In this document: positions 49,337 through 61,500 of the stretch, in pieces
Layout of the letters: the number at the start of each line of letters is the position of its first letter
How positions within the stretch are numbered: the first letter of the stretch is position 1
Assembly: GCF_000143415.4 (NCBI RefSeq)
Contig: NW_003314269.1
Span: forward strand, 2,363,544 to 2,427,543
Direction of reading: 5' to 3'
Length of the DNA: 64,000 nucleotides
Source of the DNA: Selaginella moellendorffii
Lineage: Eukaryota > Plantae > Lycopodiophyta
Notes under the pieces: generated by a model
Told to the model about the DNA's origin: nothing
The model's input: the letters and a program-made list of their open reading frames with translations, nothing else
Database searches by the model: none
Program-made: the position numbers and the translations under genes

Positions 49337-49931
49337 TGTAAACTCTTAAGTTTGGACTTCCCGGGAGGTCACCCAGCCCAGTACTATTCAAACCCAAGGA
49401 CGCTTAACTCCAACTATCCCAAGACCCTTAACCGATTGGAAAAGGGGGTGCACTCTTGTTCATGGGCCCTTTCCCTCTATATTTGAACCCCAACGGATCG
49501 TCTCTCGAGTCGTTCCCTTTGGTTGCTTACAATCCACCACGCTTCCCTGCAAGTTCACGCCCTCGTGAACGGAAGCTGAGAGCCGCAGCTCTCCCGAGAG
49601 CCTCGCTCTCTTGACACCCTACCCCTCGGGTCGAGCCCAGCGGGAGCAAACTGGACCAGCCAGATGTCAATCAACATGTGGTGTGATTCCCTTAGCCAAC
49701 CAACAGAGTCGGACCCGAGACCCCTCTGATACCAAATGTAAACTCTTGAGTTTGGACTTCCCGGGAGGTCACCCAGCCCAGTACTATTCAAACCCAAGGA
49801 CGCTTAACTCTAACTATCCCAAGACCCTTAACCGATTGGAAAAGGGGGTGCACTCTTGTTCATGGGCCCTTTCCCTCTATATTTGAACCCCAACGGATCG
49901 TCTCTCGAGTCGTTCCCTTTGATTGCTTACA
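49337..49931 (-). mobile_element. Cassandra-like TRIM (595 bp) with 5S rRNA-derived LTRs, nested in E1 gag
   Basis: 195-bp LTRs at 49337-49531 and 49737-49931 (3 mismatches). TSD CTGCG on both sides. PBS TGGTATCAGAG, PPT-like GGGAAGCGTGGTGGAT and a 205-bp non-coding interior. Confidence 0.93.
49354..49410 (-). ncRNA. 5S rRNA-like internal control region (A box, IE, C box) in the TRIM 3' LTR; second copy at 49754-49810
   Basis: Minus strand GAGTTAAGCGTCCTTGGGTTTGAATAGTACTGGGCTGGGTGACCTCCCGGGAAGTCC aligns to the 3' half of plant 5S rRNA (AGTTAAGCGTGCTTGGGCGAGAGTAGTACTAGGATGGGTGACCTCCTGGGAAGTCC). Confidence 0.88.
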
Positions 49932-50657
49932 CTGCGCTCAATCCATTGTACCACTGCAATGCCGTCCCTTGGAGACATGTGGGGAACTCACACAAACGTC
50001 GAGCATCATCCCAAGAATGATATGTGGTAATCACCGTGAAGTGATCGAACCAATGGTACACATCATCCCTAGGATTCCCACGAAAGAACTCCGGCCGAAC
50101 GCGAGGATTGGCACCAAGAGCAGGAGGAGTTGTACCATATGCCGTGAACGCCACCATCAACTGAGTTTGGTTGTTCAATTGCAAGCGCATAGCATCAAGC
50201 AATTGAACCAACTGTTACTCTAGAGTCAAAGGAGGAGATTGCGGATCGGCCATGAAGATGAATGAAAAAGAAAGAGCAAAGGAAGAGAAATGACAAAAAG
50301 CTGGAAAGAAATGGTAAATCTAGACAATGCAAAAAGCTATATCTAAACCAAAATCCTGAAAGGAAAGAACAAAAGAAAGGAAATGGAAAAAGCTAGATCT
50401 AAACAATGCAAAAGCTAGATCTAAACCGAAATCCCAAATCCAAGCACTCCCCAAGGACAATCAAAAGTGCCCCTCACCTTTACCAATGTGAGTGCATGGA
50501 ATATGGAAAGGGAATACAGAAATGTGCATATCAATTAGCCCAAAAACCTTAGCTTATATACAGAAGCGAGTGGTCCGGATTGAAACCAATCCGACGGCTA
50601 CCAAAATCCCACTACGCTAATATTAGTATACAGCATTGTAGCCATACACTTGGCCCT

Positions 50658-50661
<4 letters not shown>

Positions 50662-50711
<50 letters not shown>
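50662..50711. repeat. (CA)9(TA)16 compound microsatellite abutting the E1 LTR
   Basis: Direct inspection. Confidence 0.9.
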
Positions 50712-50714
<3 letters not shown>

Positions 50715-50993
50715 CATACAGGTTGGCATTCCAGAATCCATGCTTTTGTTTTTTTTGTGTTTACATAGTATCAAAAGTAAGCTAACTCTCACTCACTTTG
50801 ATGGCATCATTGTCCACCTTGTCTTTGATGGAAAGGATTTCTAGATGCAATTCTACTTTATAGAAAAGAATATTTGAGGAGTGATCGAGAGCAACCTCAA
50901 TCCAGGTGATGATATGCAGATCAGAAAAAGGAGTGGGAGGTGTAGAATGGCAAGGTGTGTTTGGGGGGGGGGGGGGGCTAGTACTGAAGCTAT

Positions 50994-52030
50994 TTGGATA
51001 TTGATAGAATGACAAAGGAGAATTGGGATTTTGTATGCTTAATCCTTGGCAAGACTAATAGAGTGAGATTGCTGGATCTCAAGCTCCAGCTCAAGAGTCG
51101 TAAGCAGGGAAAGGCAGAATCAATGAGTGATTTTGCCAGCGGGCTTGTGGATATCGCCAAGCAGATTGATACAGTCCAGATGATCCATGGCAATGAGTTG
51201 CTCACAGCATTCTTCAAGGGATTGAACAAACTGATGCAGCTGGCAAGGTCACATCACCTAAGTTCTAGCAACACTTTTACACAGATTGTAGCAGATTTCA
51301 TTATGTAGGAGGGCTTTCTGAAGTCTGGGCAAGCAAGCTCAAAGGACAAAGAGTTGGCACTCTTTGCTGGGAAGGGGAAACAATCAGTCACAATGTGGGA
51401 TAGATTAGGACCAAGAAACCAAGGCGAGAGCAATAAGAAGTTAAAGAAGAAGAAGAACAATATGTACACCATTTGCAAGAAGCTAGGGCAAGAGATTGTA
51501 TAGATAAGGAGGCCAAAAGAGCGAAGGAGGTGAGAAAATCCGAAGGCACAGAAAGTGGGCAGTAGGAGAAAGTCGGCCAACTTTGCTAGCATGGCAAAGG
51601 AAGGCAATAAGGATGATTGGGATGACTATGGTAGCTTGTTCATGGCCATAAGCATCAAGAAGCAAACCACTAACTTCCAGGATGAGGCAAGAATAGTTGA
51701 TTCAGTGGCAAACAAGTATATGACACACCTTAGGGAGCTTTTTACATAATTTAGAATAGTTCTAGGAAATAAATAGATTTTCCTAGTGGAGGGAGTTGGC
51801 ACAATCGACATTAAGCTTCCATCAGGGATATTCTTGAGGTAAACAAGACACTATTTTCAGTATGGAAAATAGCAAATTGTGACCTTTCAAGAAGTTGGGT
51901 TATATCATCTAGTTTGCAAGACTAATAGATTTTTAGATATGGCATTGAAGGTTTAGGCAAAACAATGAGTAAGACAACATGGAACTCCAAGCAAAGGAAA
52001 TGGTGAAAGGATTGATGTTATAGTATTAAA
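50994..52030 (+). mobile_element. Degraded Ty1/copia gag-protease remnant
   Basis: UBN2-like gag (LKLQLKSRKQGKAESMSDF...FFKGL) and protease-like IVDSVANKYMT...VEGVGTIDIKL, with stops. Confidence 0.65.
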
Positions 52031-53719
52031 AGATATTTATTAGATAATTCTTTTATTACGATGGCAAAAGATTGATGGTTCTTTTTGTTAACACACTTTG
52101 TCCAAATGTTCACATATATACTTGGCCAGATGAGTATTAAGGAAGGAATTCTAAAGTGTTTATGTAGTTAAATATACTTGGCCCAGTTTGTTAGTTCTTT
52201 TTTCTCTATCTTAGATGAAAAAAAAAAGATATAAAAATATAAATAGAATGAAACTAGGAATAAATAAACTTTTCTTGTTAAAATGGGATTCTCATACTAA
52301 AATGGGAGTCATGTCTTAGTTCATCCACTTAATATTTATATTATTTTTATAATTTATTTGTTATATTAACAAACTTTTGCTTAAGTGGGACTAGGATATA
52401 CCTAGAATATTATCGGATATTCTAAGATATTTCATCTAATAGTGGTTATTCATTTAAATTAATCTTATATTTATAATTTTTAAACATGTTAATAATTTAT
52501 AAACTTTTACTTTGTATCATCATGAGCTTGTAAGGTCTTTTGGAGCATGAGCTAAAGAAACACTACAACTTACAATGCATCTACGTCCAAAATGGCAATT
52601 GCAAGGAAGCACTTAAAGTTTCCAGGCTCATAGGTTAAACTGGTATCAAGTTCAATCATCTCAACTACTATCAATGATTGATGCTTGTTCTGGTATAAGG
52701 AATTTGCCACAAGCCAAGTCTCTTCTATCCCAGCTTTTCTTTCTCTTGGCATGTGGCTATAAACTATTTTCTTTACTAAACTATATAGGATAATGACAAA
52801 TCCCAGTTTTAGCTTAAGTTTGTTTCTTTATTTTCCAAGTATTCCAAAAGTAGTTTATTTGAATTTTATATTTCTGAGATAGTTATGTTATGTTATAGTT
52901 ATATTATTGTTTTCTTTGGTAACTTGTTCAGACTTTAAGTTCTAGTGACTCCTAGTTCTCATCGGATCACTCCATTGTATTCCAAACTCAACCCCTATGA
53001 AAGCTAGGTTAGTGATTGATTTAAACAAAATGGATGTATGCTCTTTTACACAAATACCCATATAGGGTATGATAGTAAGATTGATTGTGATGACAGGAGC
53101 GCTAGAATGTAGAAATCAGCAATGTGGAGTTTTTCTCAATTTTGTGATTATACAAAGAGGTGATAAAATCTTAATCCCAACCACTATAAATTTTACCAAC
53201 TTAGCTAAAACAATACTAAGACTTCCTGGGATAGTGGGCATTGCTGCTGCCATAGTTTTTACAGGCATTGCAGCTGTGGTTTGCCAAAATCAAGCAGCTA
53301 TGGCAAAATCGTTGTTGCGAGTGTTGCTCACGTTTCAGCTTTAGACAATGATGTCTTATGTTATATAACTTGGCTTAAAGTTTTAAATGTTAATGCAAGG
53401 CATTATGAGGCCTGTGCTTCCTACAAATGAAATTGTCCCATTGAATCTAGTATTTGAAATTATAGCTAGTTTAAAGGACCTCATCCTCAAAGTTCTTTTG
53501 CTATATCCAGTGATTATCATCCTTGACCTACATCCCTGCTGGCTTCCCTTCGCCCAATTATCATTGGCGTCATCTACAAGTATCTGGGTAATGCGGGCTC
53601 CAATCAAAGTTGATCCATCTTGAGCCTCACCACAACTATCCAGCTTCTGCAGAGTGTCACTATCCTTGTTACTATAATAAGCAAAAAAATAAAACTCTAC
53701 GAATATTATTGATCTTAAT

Positions 53720-54334
53720 TTACGAGACAAACTCCTTGCACTTGAACTTGGCCGACAAGCTCACGGGCTGGATCACGAGCTCGCAGCTCACGGGGACACC
53801 CACAACCGCGGAAGACACCGCCTTTGACGCCGTGAATCGCGCCTTGAGCGTGCCGGCCAGCAACACGACCACGCGGTTGACTCCAAAGTCGTAGCGCAGC
53901 GCCCTCACAACATCGTCCCCGCGCACCACCGTCGACTGGTCACTCACCAGCGCCGCAAAGGTGAGATTGCTCCGGGGATCCTGGAGGAAGGCCGGCGTCG
54001 CCACCGTCGCTAGAGCTCGGCCCCTATACTCGAGCAGCAGACTGTCGCCCGTGTAGCGGAATGGAATGCCATAGCGGTTCCTGGATTCCATCGTGAAATC
54101 CATGAAAGCTTCCACCGTGAGCTCGCCACCAGTGTCTCCCAGGCTGAATCTCCCGATAGTAGCGTTGGCCATCACCACGATCGGGAGCCTCGGATGAAGA
54201 TCGAGATAGATGGCGACGACGAAGAGGCTGATCACCATCACCAGCATCAAGAATCCCAGGATGAGGCACACCGCCAGCAGTCGCTTGTCCCTGTCCTTGA
54301 TGCATTTCTTGAGCACCGCCGACTTCACGATCAT
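53720..54334 (-). CDS. LEA_2 domain (NDR1/HIN1-like) membrane protein
   Basis: TM helix followed by HPRLP, SRNRYGIPFRY, LEYRG and PAFLQ. First ATG at 54334; the frame is open to 54553. Confidence 0.7.
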   Translation of the reverse strand: MIVKSAVLKKCIKDRDKRLLAVCLILGFLMLVMVISLFVVAIYLDLHPRLPIVVMANATIGRFSLGDTGGELTVEAFMDFTMESRNRYGIPFRYTGDSLLLEYRGRALATVATPAFLQDPRSNLTFAALVSDQSTVVRGDDVVRALRYDFGVNRVVVLLAGTLKARFTASKAVSSAVVGVPVSCELVIQPVSLSAKFKCKEFVS

Positions 54335-54536
54335 GGCTGTCAGTTCTTCGTTCCTTCTTCGTCCTCCTCCTGGGCTAGCTAATCTAAGTCTGAGTGCCCG
54401 TCTATCCCCCACTTTACGTATGATCGAGCCCCTTGAGCTCGCTCTCCAAGGAAGGTATCTGTCTATCTGGATGCTTGTCCCACTTCCAAGACTTCCAAGT
54501 CCCAAAGCTCTAGCGTAAGCAAACCCTCTCCTCCGG

Positions 54537-55553
54537 CTAGTTGTGGCAATCACCGTGCTTCACCAGCGATGGCGTGAAGTTCGGGCAGTCCACAGTGCCG
54601 CTGCCGGGGGTGAAGCTGATGGTCAAGTTCCGGCAAAAGTAGATCCTCCTCTTGAAGTTGGACAGCAAAGGTGACGCGCGGTACCTGGCCCTGAGCATGC
54701 CGTGGAGATAAACACGCTGCGTCATCAGCCCCGCGCGCTCGTTCTGCAAGTCTTTCACCACGTTCTGGGGCACCTCCACTGTGCTGTTGCACACCACTGT
54801 GAACCTCTCGTAGTGGTTACCACCGCCGACGCTAAACCTCGGAGTCTGGCCGTCGCTGATGTCGTAGGCAACCGTGGAGTTCATCTTGTAAGCCACAGAC
54901 AGCTTGCCGGGCGGGAAATTGAAGTTGACGCTGTAAGCACTGCTCGCGTTCAAGGAGAAGGCCATGCTGATGTGTAGAAACTGGGAGAGTGAGTCTCCAC
55001 AAACCGGATCCAACTGCTGGATCTCGCCACCCTGTAAAGCGATCGAAGGCAGCCTTGCTCGAGCGTCCACCAGTATAATGACCAGGAAGAAGAACGTGAT
55101 GAAGAGGAGCAGCAGTGCCGCCAGGATGGACAGCTTAAACCACATAGACGACGAGCCGCGCAGAGTTTCCTTGGGGACAGACTTGTGTCCACGCGTGCTA
55201 TGTCTTGGACTTCCAGTGGTCGCTGGCTGCTGCTGCGTCGCTGGCTGCTGCTGCTTTTTCTTTGGAGACTTGCTCTTCTTCGGAGACTTGCTCTTCTTTG
55301 GAGACTTGCTTGTTGATCCTGGAGGAGTGCTGGGCCCGGGATGTTGGCTGGTTTCTAAGAGTTTGCTATCCCCTGGATCTACTGCTGAACTAGCACCCGG
55401 AACTTTGCTACTTTTCGGAGGCTTTGGCGTTCTCGAACTCCTCGGAAACTTGCCCGCCCACCAGGACTTGCGTGGAGAAGGCTCACTCTTCTCCAGGGGC
55501 TGCCAAGTCGGAAGCTCCTCGGACATCATGCCCCTCATAGTCAAGTTTCCCAT
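54537..55553 (-). CDS. LEA_2-like membrane protein with a long basic Ser/Pro/Lys-rich N-terminus
   Basis: SKSPKK x3 and QQQPAT x2, TM helix (ILAALLLLFITFFFLVIILV), then ARLP...LSVAY...TPRFSVG. Confidence 0.65.
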   Translation of the reverse strand: MGNLTMRGMMSEELPTWQPLEKSEPSPRKSWWAGKFPRSSRTPKPPKSSKVPGASSAVDPGDSKLLETSQHPGPSTPPGSTSKSPKKSKSPKKSKSPKKKQQQPATQQQPATTGSPRHSTRGHKSVPKETLRGSSSMWFKLSILAALLLLFITFFFLVIILVDARARLPSIALQGGEIQQLDPVCGDSLSQFLHISMAFSLNASSAYSVNFNFPPGKLSVAYKMNSTVAYDISDGQTPRFSVGGGNHYERFTVVCNSTVEVPQNVVKDLQNERAGLMTQRVYLHGMLRARYRASPLLSNFKRRIYFCRNLTISFTPGSGTVDCPNFTPSLVKHGDCHN

Positions 55554-56013
55554 TCTTCCGCAATCCTTGAAAGACGCACACGCAAGAGGAAGTGAGTACC
55601 TAGAAAACACAAAACTTGACAAGTACTTACAGCCAAGTCCCGAGTCCGATGTAGTCCGGCCTTTGCTGTCACACACCGCCACCTTTGATCTCGTGAAGAC
55701 ACCCTGCTACCTTACTCAAACGAAAAGCCAAAGCCAGACCCAGTGACTTCTTAAAGCTTACGGTGGTATACACATTTCCTTTTATGCTTCCACACGACTC
55801 TAAGCTCCCCCTGGATTTTGGTGGAACCATTTGTCTCGCATCACCTCAACCCCCGAACACAATTTCCTTCCAGCCACGATGCCTGTCCAAAATCTGTGTT
55901 GCTGATCGAACGGGGTAGTTTATTGTCAAGAAATTCTGATCCGAGCACCCTCCCATCGTACATGTTCCGCCAAAATTGTGGTGAGACGTACTTGTGTGTT
56001 CTACTCGTTTTTC

Positions 56014-58404
56014 TTAATCATCCCAGGCATCATCCGCAACGCCTTTCTTCGGATCAACCGAAGCTACCAGCATATGCTTGTACTTGTCATCTACCCGGAC
56101 AGTGGTAGAGCCAAACGTACCGACGCCGGAGGTCCCTGTTAGCCGGCCTTCCTTGAAAGCGGCAGCTTCCTCTCTCTCTTTCCTTCGTGCGGCCTATCAA
56201 TGAATGGTAATGTCGAGCCTTAGAAAGCTTCAGATAAACATACCTTTCCAGTTGCAAAAGCCATAACATTTCCAGCCTCTGCCTCTGCTATTGCTTTCCG
56301 AATCTGTGCGACCAGAAACTGTAACAATGATAAAACAACGTTAATAAGCGCACTGGAAATCTAAAGCGACATACAGCATCTCGATCGGTGTACAAAGATG
56401 TCGCTCGACCGCTTGCACCAGCTCGCCCTGTCCTTCCAATGCGGTGGACGTAATCCTCCATAACCTTGAACAATTTGACTAATACGTCAGGACAAAGCAA
56501 GTAACACTACCAACGGACCTTTGGAAGATCCAAGTTCACAACATGTGCAACTCCGGTAACATCAAGACCACGCGAGGCGACATCAGTTGCTACCTATCAA
56601 GAAAGCAAAACACAAAAGTGGCGACCGTTCGAAAAATGCGATATAGAAAACAAACCAGGATACTGATTGCACCCTTTCGAAAATCTCTCAATGCAGCTTC
56701 TCTTTCGCCCTGAGTTCTTCCACCGTGAAGGGCTGCTGCTTTGAGTCCCTGAGCTAACAGAGCATCCGCAACATCGTCACACCTTGCCTGTAATAAACTG
56801 GATTAAGAACGGACGACGTTTTCATCTTGCGAACTTACCTTTCTTTCCACGAAAACAATCGTAAGAGGCGGAGGCTGCCCTGCTCGTTCAGATTGATTTG
56901 ACGACTCCACAAGCATCGCGAGAAGGTAGTCAATCTACATATACATGTATCATAGTCCGTGATATAGGATCATTTTTTACCTTGTCTTTCTCATCAACTT
57001 TCTCGAGAGACTGTAGAACATTTGAGGTTGGACTGCTCACTTTCCCAACTTTAACCTGAACAGGTTTTGTCAGATACTCCTGAGCAAGAGCTTCAATCTC
57101 CTCCGGCATCGTAGCACTGAAAAGGAGCGTCTGATGCTTTTTAGGAAGATTTTGCATCACCTACAACGACGACCACTCAGCAATGAAAGAAAAAGTACCA
57201 AATGCAGCATACCTCCTTAATCTGGGGTAAAAAACCCATGTCAAGCATTCTGTCGGCTTCGTCCAGTACAACATACGATACTCTCAACAAAGAACTATTT
57301 CCTTGCTGAAGATGGTCGATAAAACGGCCAGGTGTAGCTACAACCACTTGAACTCCAGATCGCAGCTCGGATCTCTATGAAACGGCGAAAGAAAACATAA
57401 ACAAAACTTTCACTTGAAACTAAAGTATTACCTGCTCTCCGATATGAGTTCCACCCACAACTATAGCAGTCTTGAAGCCATCTGTTGATCGGCTGAATGC
57501 CCTCACCTAAACAATACATTAGGCAGTGAGAATAATTCATTGCTTCACACGCACCTCTTTCTCGATCTGTTGGGCAAGCTCACGAGTCGGTGCGAGCACC
57601 AAGGCCAAAGGCCCATCACCATGACGAATAGGAGGTTGAGCGAGACAATGCTGAAACGGGCACCGAGAAGTAAGCAAATAAGTCGTATCAAAACAGCAAG
57701 AAAACCTGAATCATCGGGATAGCAAAAGCAGCAGTTTTGCCACTTCCAGTCTCAGCACATCCGAGCAAGTCTCGTCCAGAAAGAGCCACAGGCATAGCCT
57801 GCGCTTGGATTGGAGTTGGATTAGTGTACTCGTGGAACGCAATGTCTTTCATGATATTCGCATGTAAACACTGCAAGGGAGAGATCCAGAGCCAGATCTT
57901 AGTCACTAAAAGTAGCAGTATGCTCTTACCATGTCCTCGAACGTTTCCACCGGCGCCTGGGCAGCCGGCGTGCCGTCAGTGATTTCCACATCGACATTCA
58001 GACGCGCCCTCACATCCGCGATCTAGCACCAGAGAGACAGGGGAGAGATCCAGCAAACGAGGGTTTAGGGTTTTTCCCCGGGGAGAGATACTCACCTGAT
58101 CGCTCTGCATTCTCCTCACGCGCTCCGATGGCTGCCACCGTGACCACACCGCCTCCGGCGGCGGCAAGCCGCGGGTATCGCGGCTCGGGAAGGGCCATTT
58201 CTCGCGGCCGTAGCCATTCCCCGACGCGAATCCATTCGCGTCGGGCCGATTCCTGCTGTAGCTCCCAAAGCTGCCCCCATAATCCCGATCCCTGCTCCCA
58301 AAATCCCCAGAGGACGATCGCTGCGACGGCGATGGCGACGCGGGCGTGGCGGCTCTTGAATTGGACGAGGCTCCCGACCTCAGATGTGGAGGAATATATG
58401 GCAT
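56014..58404 (-). CDS. DEAD-box RNA helicase (DBP2/DDX5-like), multi-exon
   Basis: MPYIPPHLR start, Q motif [36 protein letters not shown] and [10 protein letters not shown]. Ends DDAWDD*. Confidence 0.93.
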
Positions 58405-58560
58405 GGCGGCACTCTCTCCTCTCTCTCTCTCGCGCAACCAGCTATGGCAAAGATCACAAACAGCTCAAACCCTAGGGCAAAAGCATCGAGTGGCCCAAAT
58501 CCGCGCGCCCTAGAAGCGTACGGTCGCCAGCCCCACCGCCCGTACAAACTAACTCTTGTT

Positions 58561-61500
58561 TCACTTGAAAGCGTTGTGGAAGAGGCTGCTGGGCGACTCG
58601 ATTTGCACGATGTGCTCCTCCTCCTCGTCGCCGGAGGAGGCGTCGCTGGAATCGCTGGACAGCTGCTTCTTCCGGAGCTTCCGCCGCGTTCTCAGGGCCG
58701 GGAGTGGCGGAACCGGCGGCGCTGAGATGAGCGGCAGGCTTCCTTGAGGCTGGAGTTCTCGCGGCCTCTCGAGCGAGCGTCGCGGGACTCCTCCCGGGAA
58801 CAAAGGTGGGACGGCTTGAGGCTGCTGTGGCCATATCTGGCCCGTGCTTCCTCGTTTCCACGCGCTCTCCACCTGCGTGTATGTATCTCTAGAACTTGAG
58901 TGACGAACATAAAAACGAGGAAGTGTACCTTGATTTCTTCAAGAACGTTGGCTTCGTTCGCCTTCGTTGTTGTTGCCGAGCCTTGCCTCATCCGAGCAAG
59001 GATCTGCTGCTCCGAGTTCCGGCTTTGATCCGACCCGTGCCTTCCTCGGTACCTCAAGCTGAAGCTGCTGTCATGCCCGATTGCACTGGATCGACGGGAA
59101 AGCAAGGACTGCGAAGAAACTCTCGTGTGGAAGTTGTGCCTGATGAGAACCAGACGAGAGCGCGTCTCTACGTGAAATATGTTTCCGTAAAAGACACCGT
59201 TGCCAGAAACCTTCCGCTCTGTGCCAGGAAAAATTAGATTGTTAGAGGGCGAGAAATTTAGAAAGAAGGAACCTGTCTCGTGGCTGGGACAAACAATTCC
59301 AGCCGGGGCTCCGATTATTTCGTTTTCCCCGTCCTGCTTGATAAATCCTTCAATAAGAAGGCCTATCTCGCAAACTGGTACTTCAATAATCTCTCCGCGG
59401 ATGAAAGATATCATGCTAGAATTCTGGACAATGACTCGGAGCTCATGCATAGGCATTGCTTCGAAAAAATCCGGTAAAATTATCTTCAAAACCGGAAGGG
59501 TGCTTTCCTGCAATTAAATGCGGTGAGAATTCAACTCAGTCTTCTTAGCTTTACCTGCCAAAAAAACTGTTCCAGCTCTGTGTTGGCTTGTAAGATAGAC
59601 AATACTTTAGACGCTTCCAAATAAAAGCACTGAACCACCGAGTCTGCGATCAAATCACAGAGGAACGACTTTCCCATGATAACTTCGTAAAGACCCAAAG
59701 TACTGCCATGAGAAAACGTTGGATGCAATAGATGCCTGGAATTGCTACTAGTGTTCCACTGCAAACTCAACATACTTCAAGCATGGTCGCATCATCCAGG
59801 ATTTACGTACCTTGACAATACCATTCGCTATAAGCCAAAGGCCGTCCGCACGAGAGCCTTCTTTATAGAGAACGCTGCCTCTCAGCTTCAGGAACTCCTT
59901 CGAGGAATTAAAAATCAGGGCTTGAATTTGGCTCGGAAGAGATGTTATAAAAGGCTGAGTACGCAAAAGATCTGCTCCCTTCGGCATTGAAACGCTTGGA
60001 GGATTTCTCAGTAACCTTTTCAAATCAGCCTGCAAGTGAGCTTCTGTCAGCTCTATTACCTTATACAATGAAAACACTTACCTGCACAGCATCGTGAAGA
60101 TGCATTGTTTCGCTATCCTCGAGCAGACCGGATTTTTCCAAACTTTGAATATAGTCCGAGATGCGAAGTAAAATTGCATGGACAACTTGTTTGGTTTTCA
60201 CAACAAGCAATACCTGCAAACATGTGTTCGACACTTACAAAGCCATACTGAGAAATGGATACCTGTGAAAATGTGAGACGTATACCCTCTAAAAACTGCT
60301 TAGCTTCGACAGTCTCTTCTTCGCTCTCTTTAATCACAATCTCTCCAACTTCCGTTTCTCCTGCCAAACAAAAACTTTTAGCATTAGGAGCACGCAAAGG
60401 CAGCTAATTCACCAGTTACCTATGAAAGCTCGTAGATGACGTCGAACAAGGAGATGAGCACGAAGAAACGCAGCACTAATGTAGCAACTAAGCTCCAGAC
60501 GCTCCACAACCAGGTAAGTTAACAACTTCTGCGGCAAAAAGAAATTTCCTGTTTGTAGATGCTTCAAGTAGCTGGGGCAGTGGACATGGGGATGCACACC
60601 GCTCCAGTCCGAAAGAACATCCTGCTTGGCGACTCTATCCAGAGCCTCGTCCACGGACTGCATTAGCAGCAGGGCAGCCGTCTGTGTGATTCTTCCTTCT
60701 TCAAGCATCACCCAGTAAGCCGCTTGTACTCCTGCAAAGCACGAAACCGCGGCTTCAATGGCCAGAAGAAAGAGTCACTTGGTCACCATTTAGGAAGCGC
60801 AGACGGAGGTCTTGCAGCTGTGTCTTACGCGTGTCACCCTCGCTAGTCGGGGCATCCTGGGGATGGATACGCGCTTCGTCTTCTGGAAGTCGATTCAAGC
60901 AGCTTATATATTTGCGCACGGTCGGCCAATCAGCGGGACCAAGTTCTTCGTCTTCTCCAAGCTCTTCGAATGCTTCAGCTGCCTTGCTATTCACTTCGTA
61001 GTTTACGTGCTCCAACACAAGCCTCTGCGAAGAAACACACGTCAGCATACGATGCACTGTGCTGCAAAAATTGTACACACCTTCGTCTCCGAGGTTTTCT
61101 CCATGTGGAGAAACTTCAAAAGAAACTGTGTTGACGTACCGTTCACAATGAGCGTTAGGAAAACCACGCCCCCTGTAAAGAAGACAAACTAGCGGACGAA
61201 GCACAATCAGATGGACGGCTTACACAGCTTACAATGATATCTAACCTTTGCTTGTATTCTTCCTGCGACACTCTGATCATTTTCACTTTCCTGGAATGAA
61301 AAGAGCTTTGATTCAGAAAGCTCAGATCTTCCAGTAAATTACCTTTACAGAAAGTGACAGAGCAAGTGCTACGGCACCTCGAAGACCAGACCAGACTAGT
61401 ATAAGAGCCTCCTTGAAACTTAATCCATATCCGTAATAACTCAAGCCGGGATACAGTGCAATCACTACCAATGCCCGTGATAGCTGTAGAAAGAAGTACA

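Larger units (their letters stand above)
37521..50661 (-). mobile_element. Ty3/gypsy LTR retrotransposon E1 (non-chromovirus, degenerate), host of two nested elements
   Basis: 175-bp TG..CA LTRs at 37521-37695 and 50487-50661 (10 mismatches by eye). PBS TGGTAAAGGTGAGG and PPT GAGAGGAAGGGATGA. Gag (50253-48721), protease LVDIGSS, RT FIDD, RNaseH and integrase (HPQSDGLVER, GPY) with frameshifts and stops. No chromodomain. Confidence 0.93.

Noticed and set aside
49354-49410. A genuine 5S rRNA gene
   Set aside because: Only the 3' half is present, it is embedded in LTRs, and there is no 5S 5' end or oligo-T terminator.
52570-53730. Short ORFs in the AT-rich region
   Set aside because: No recognisable motifs or supportable exon structure.
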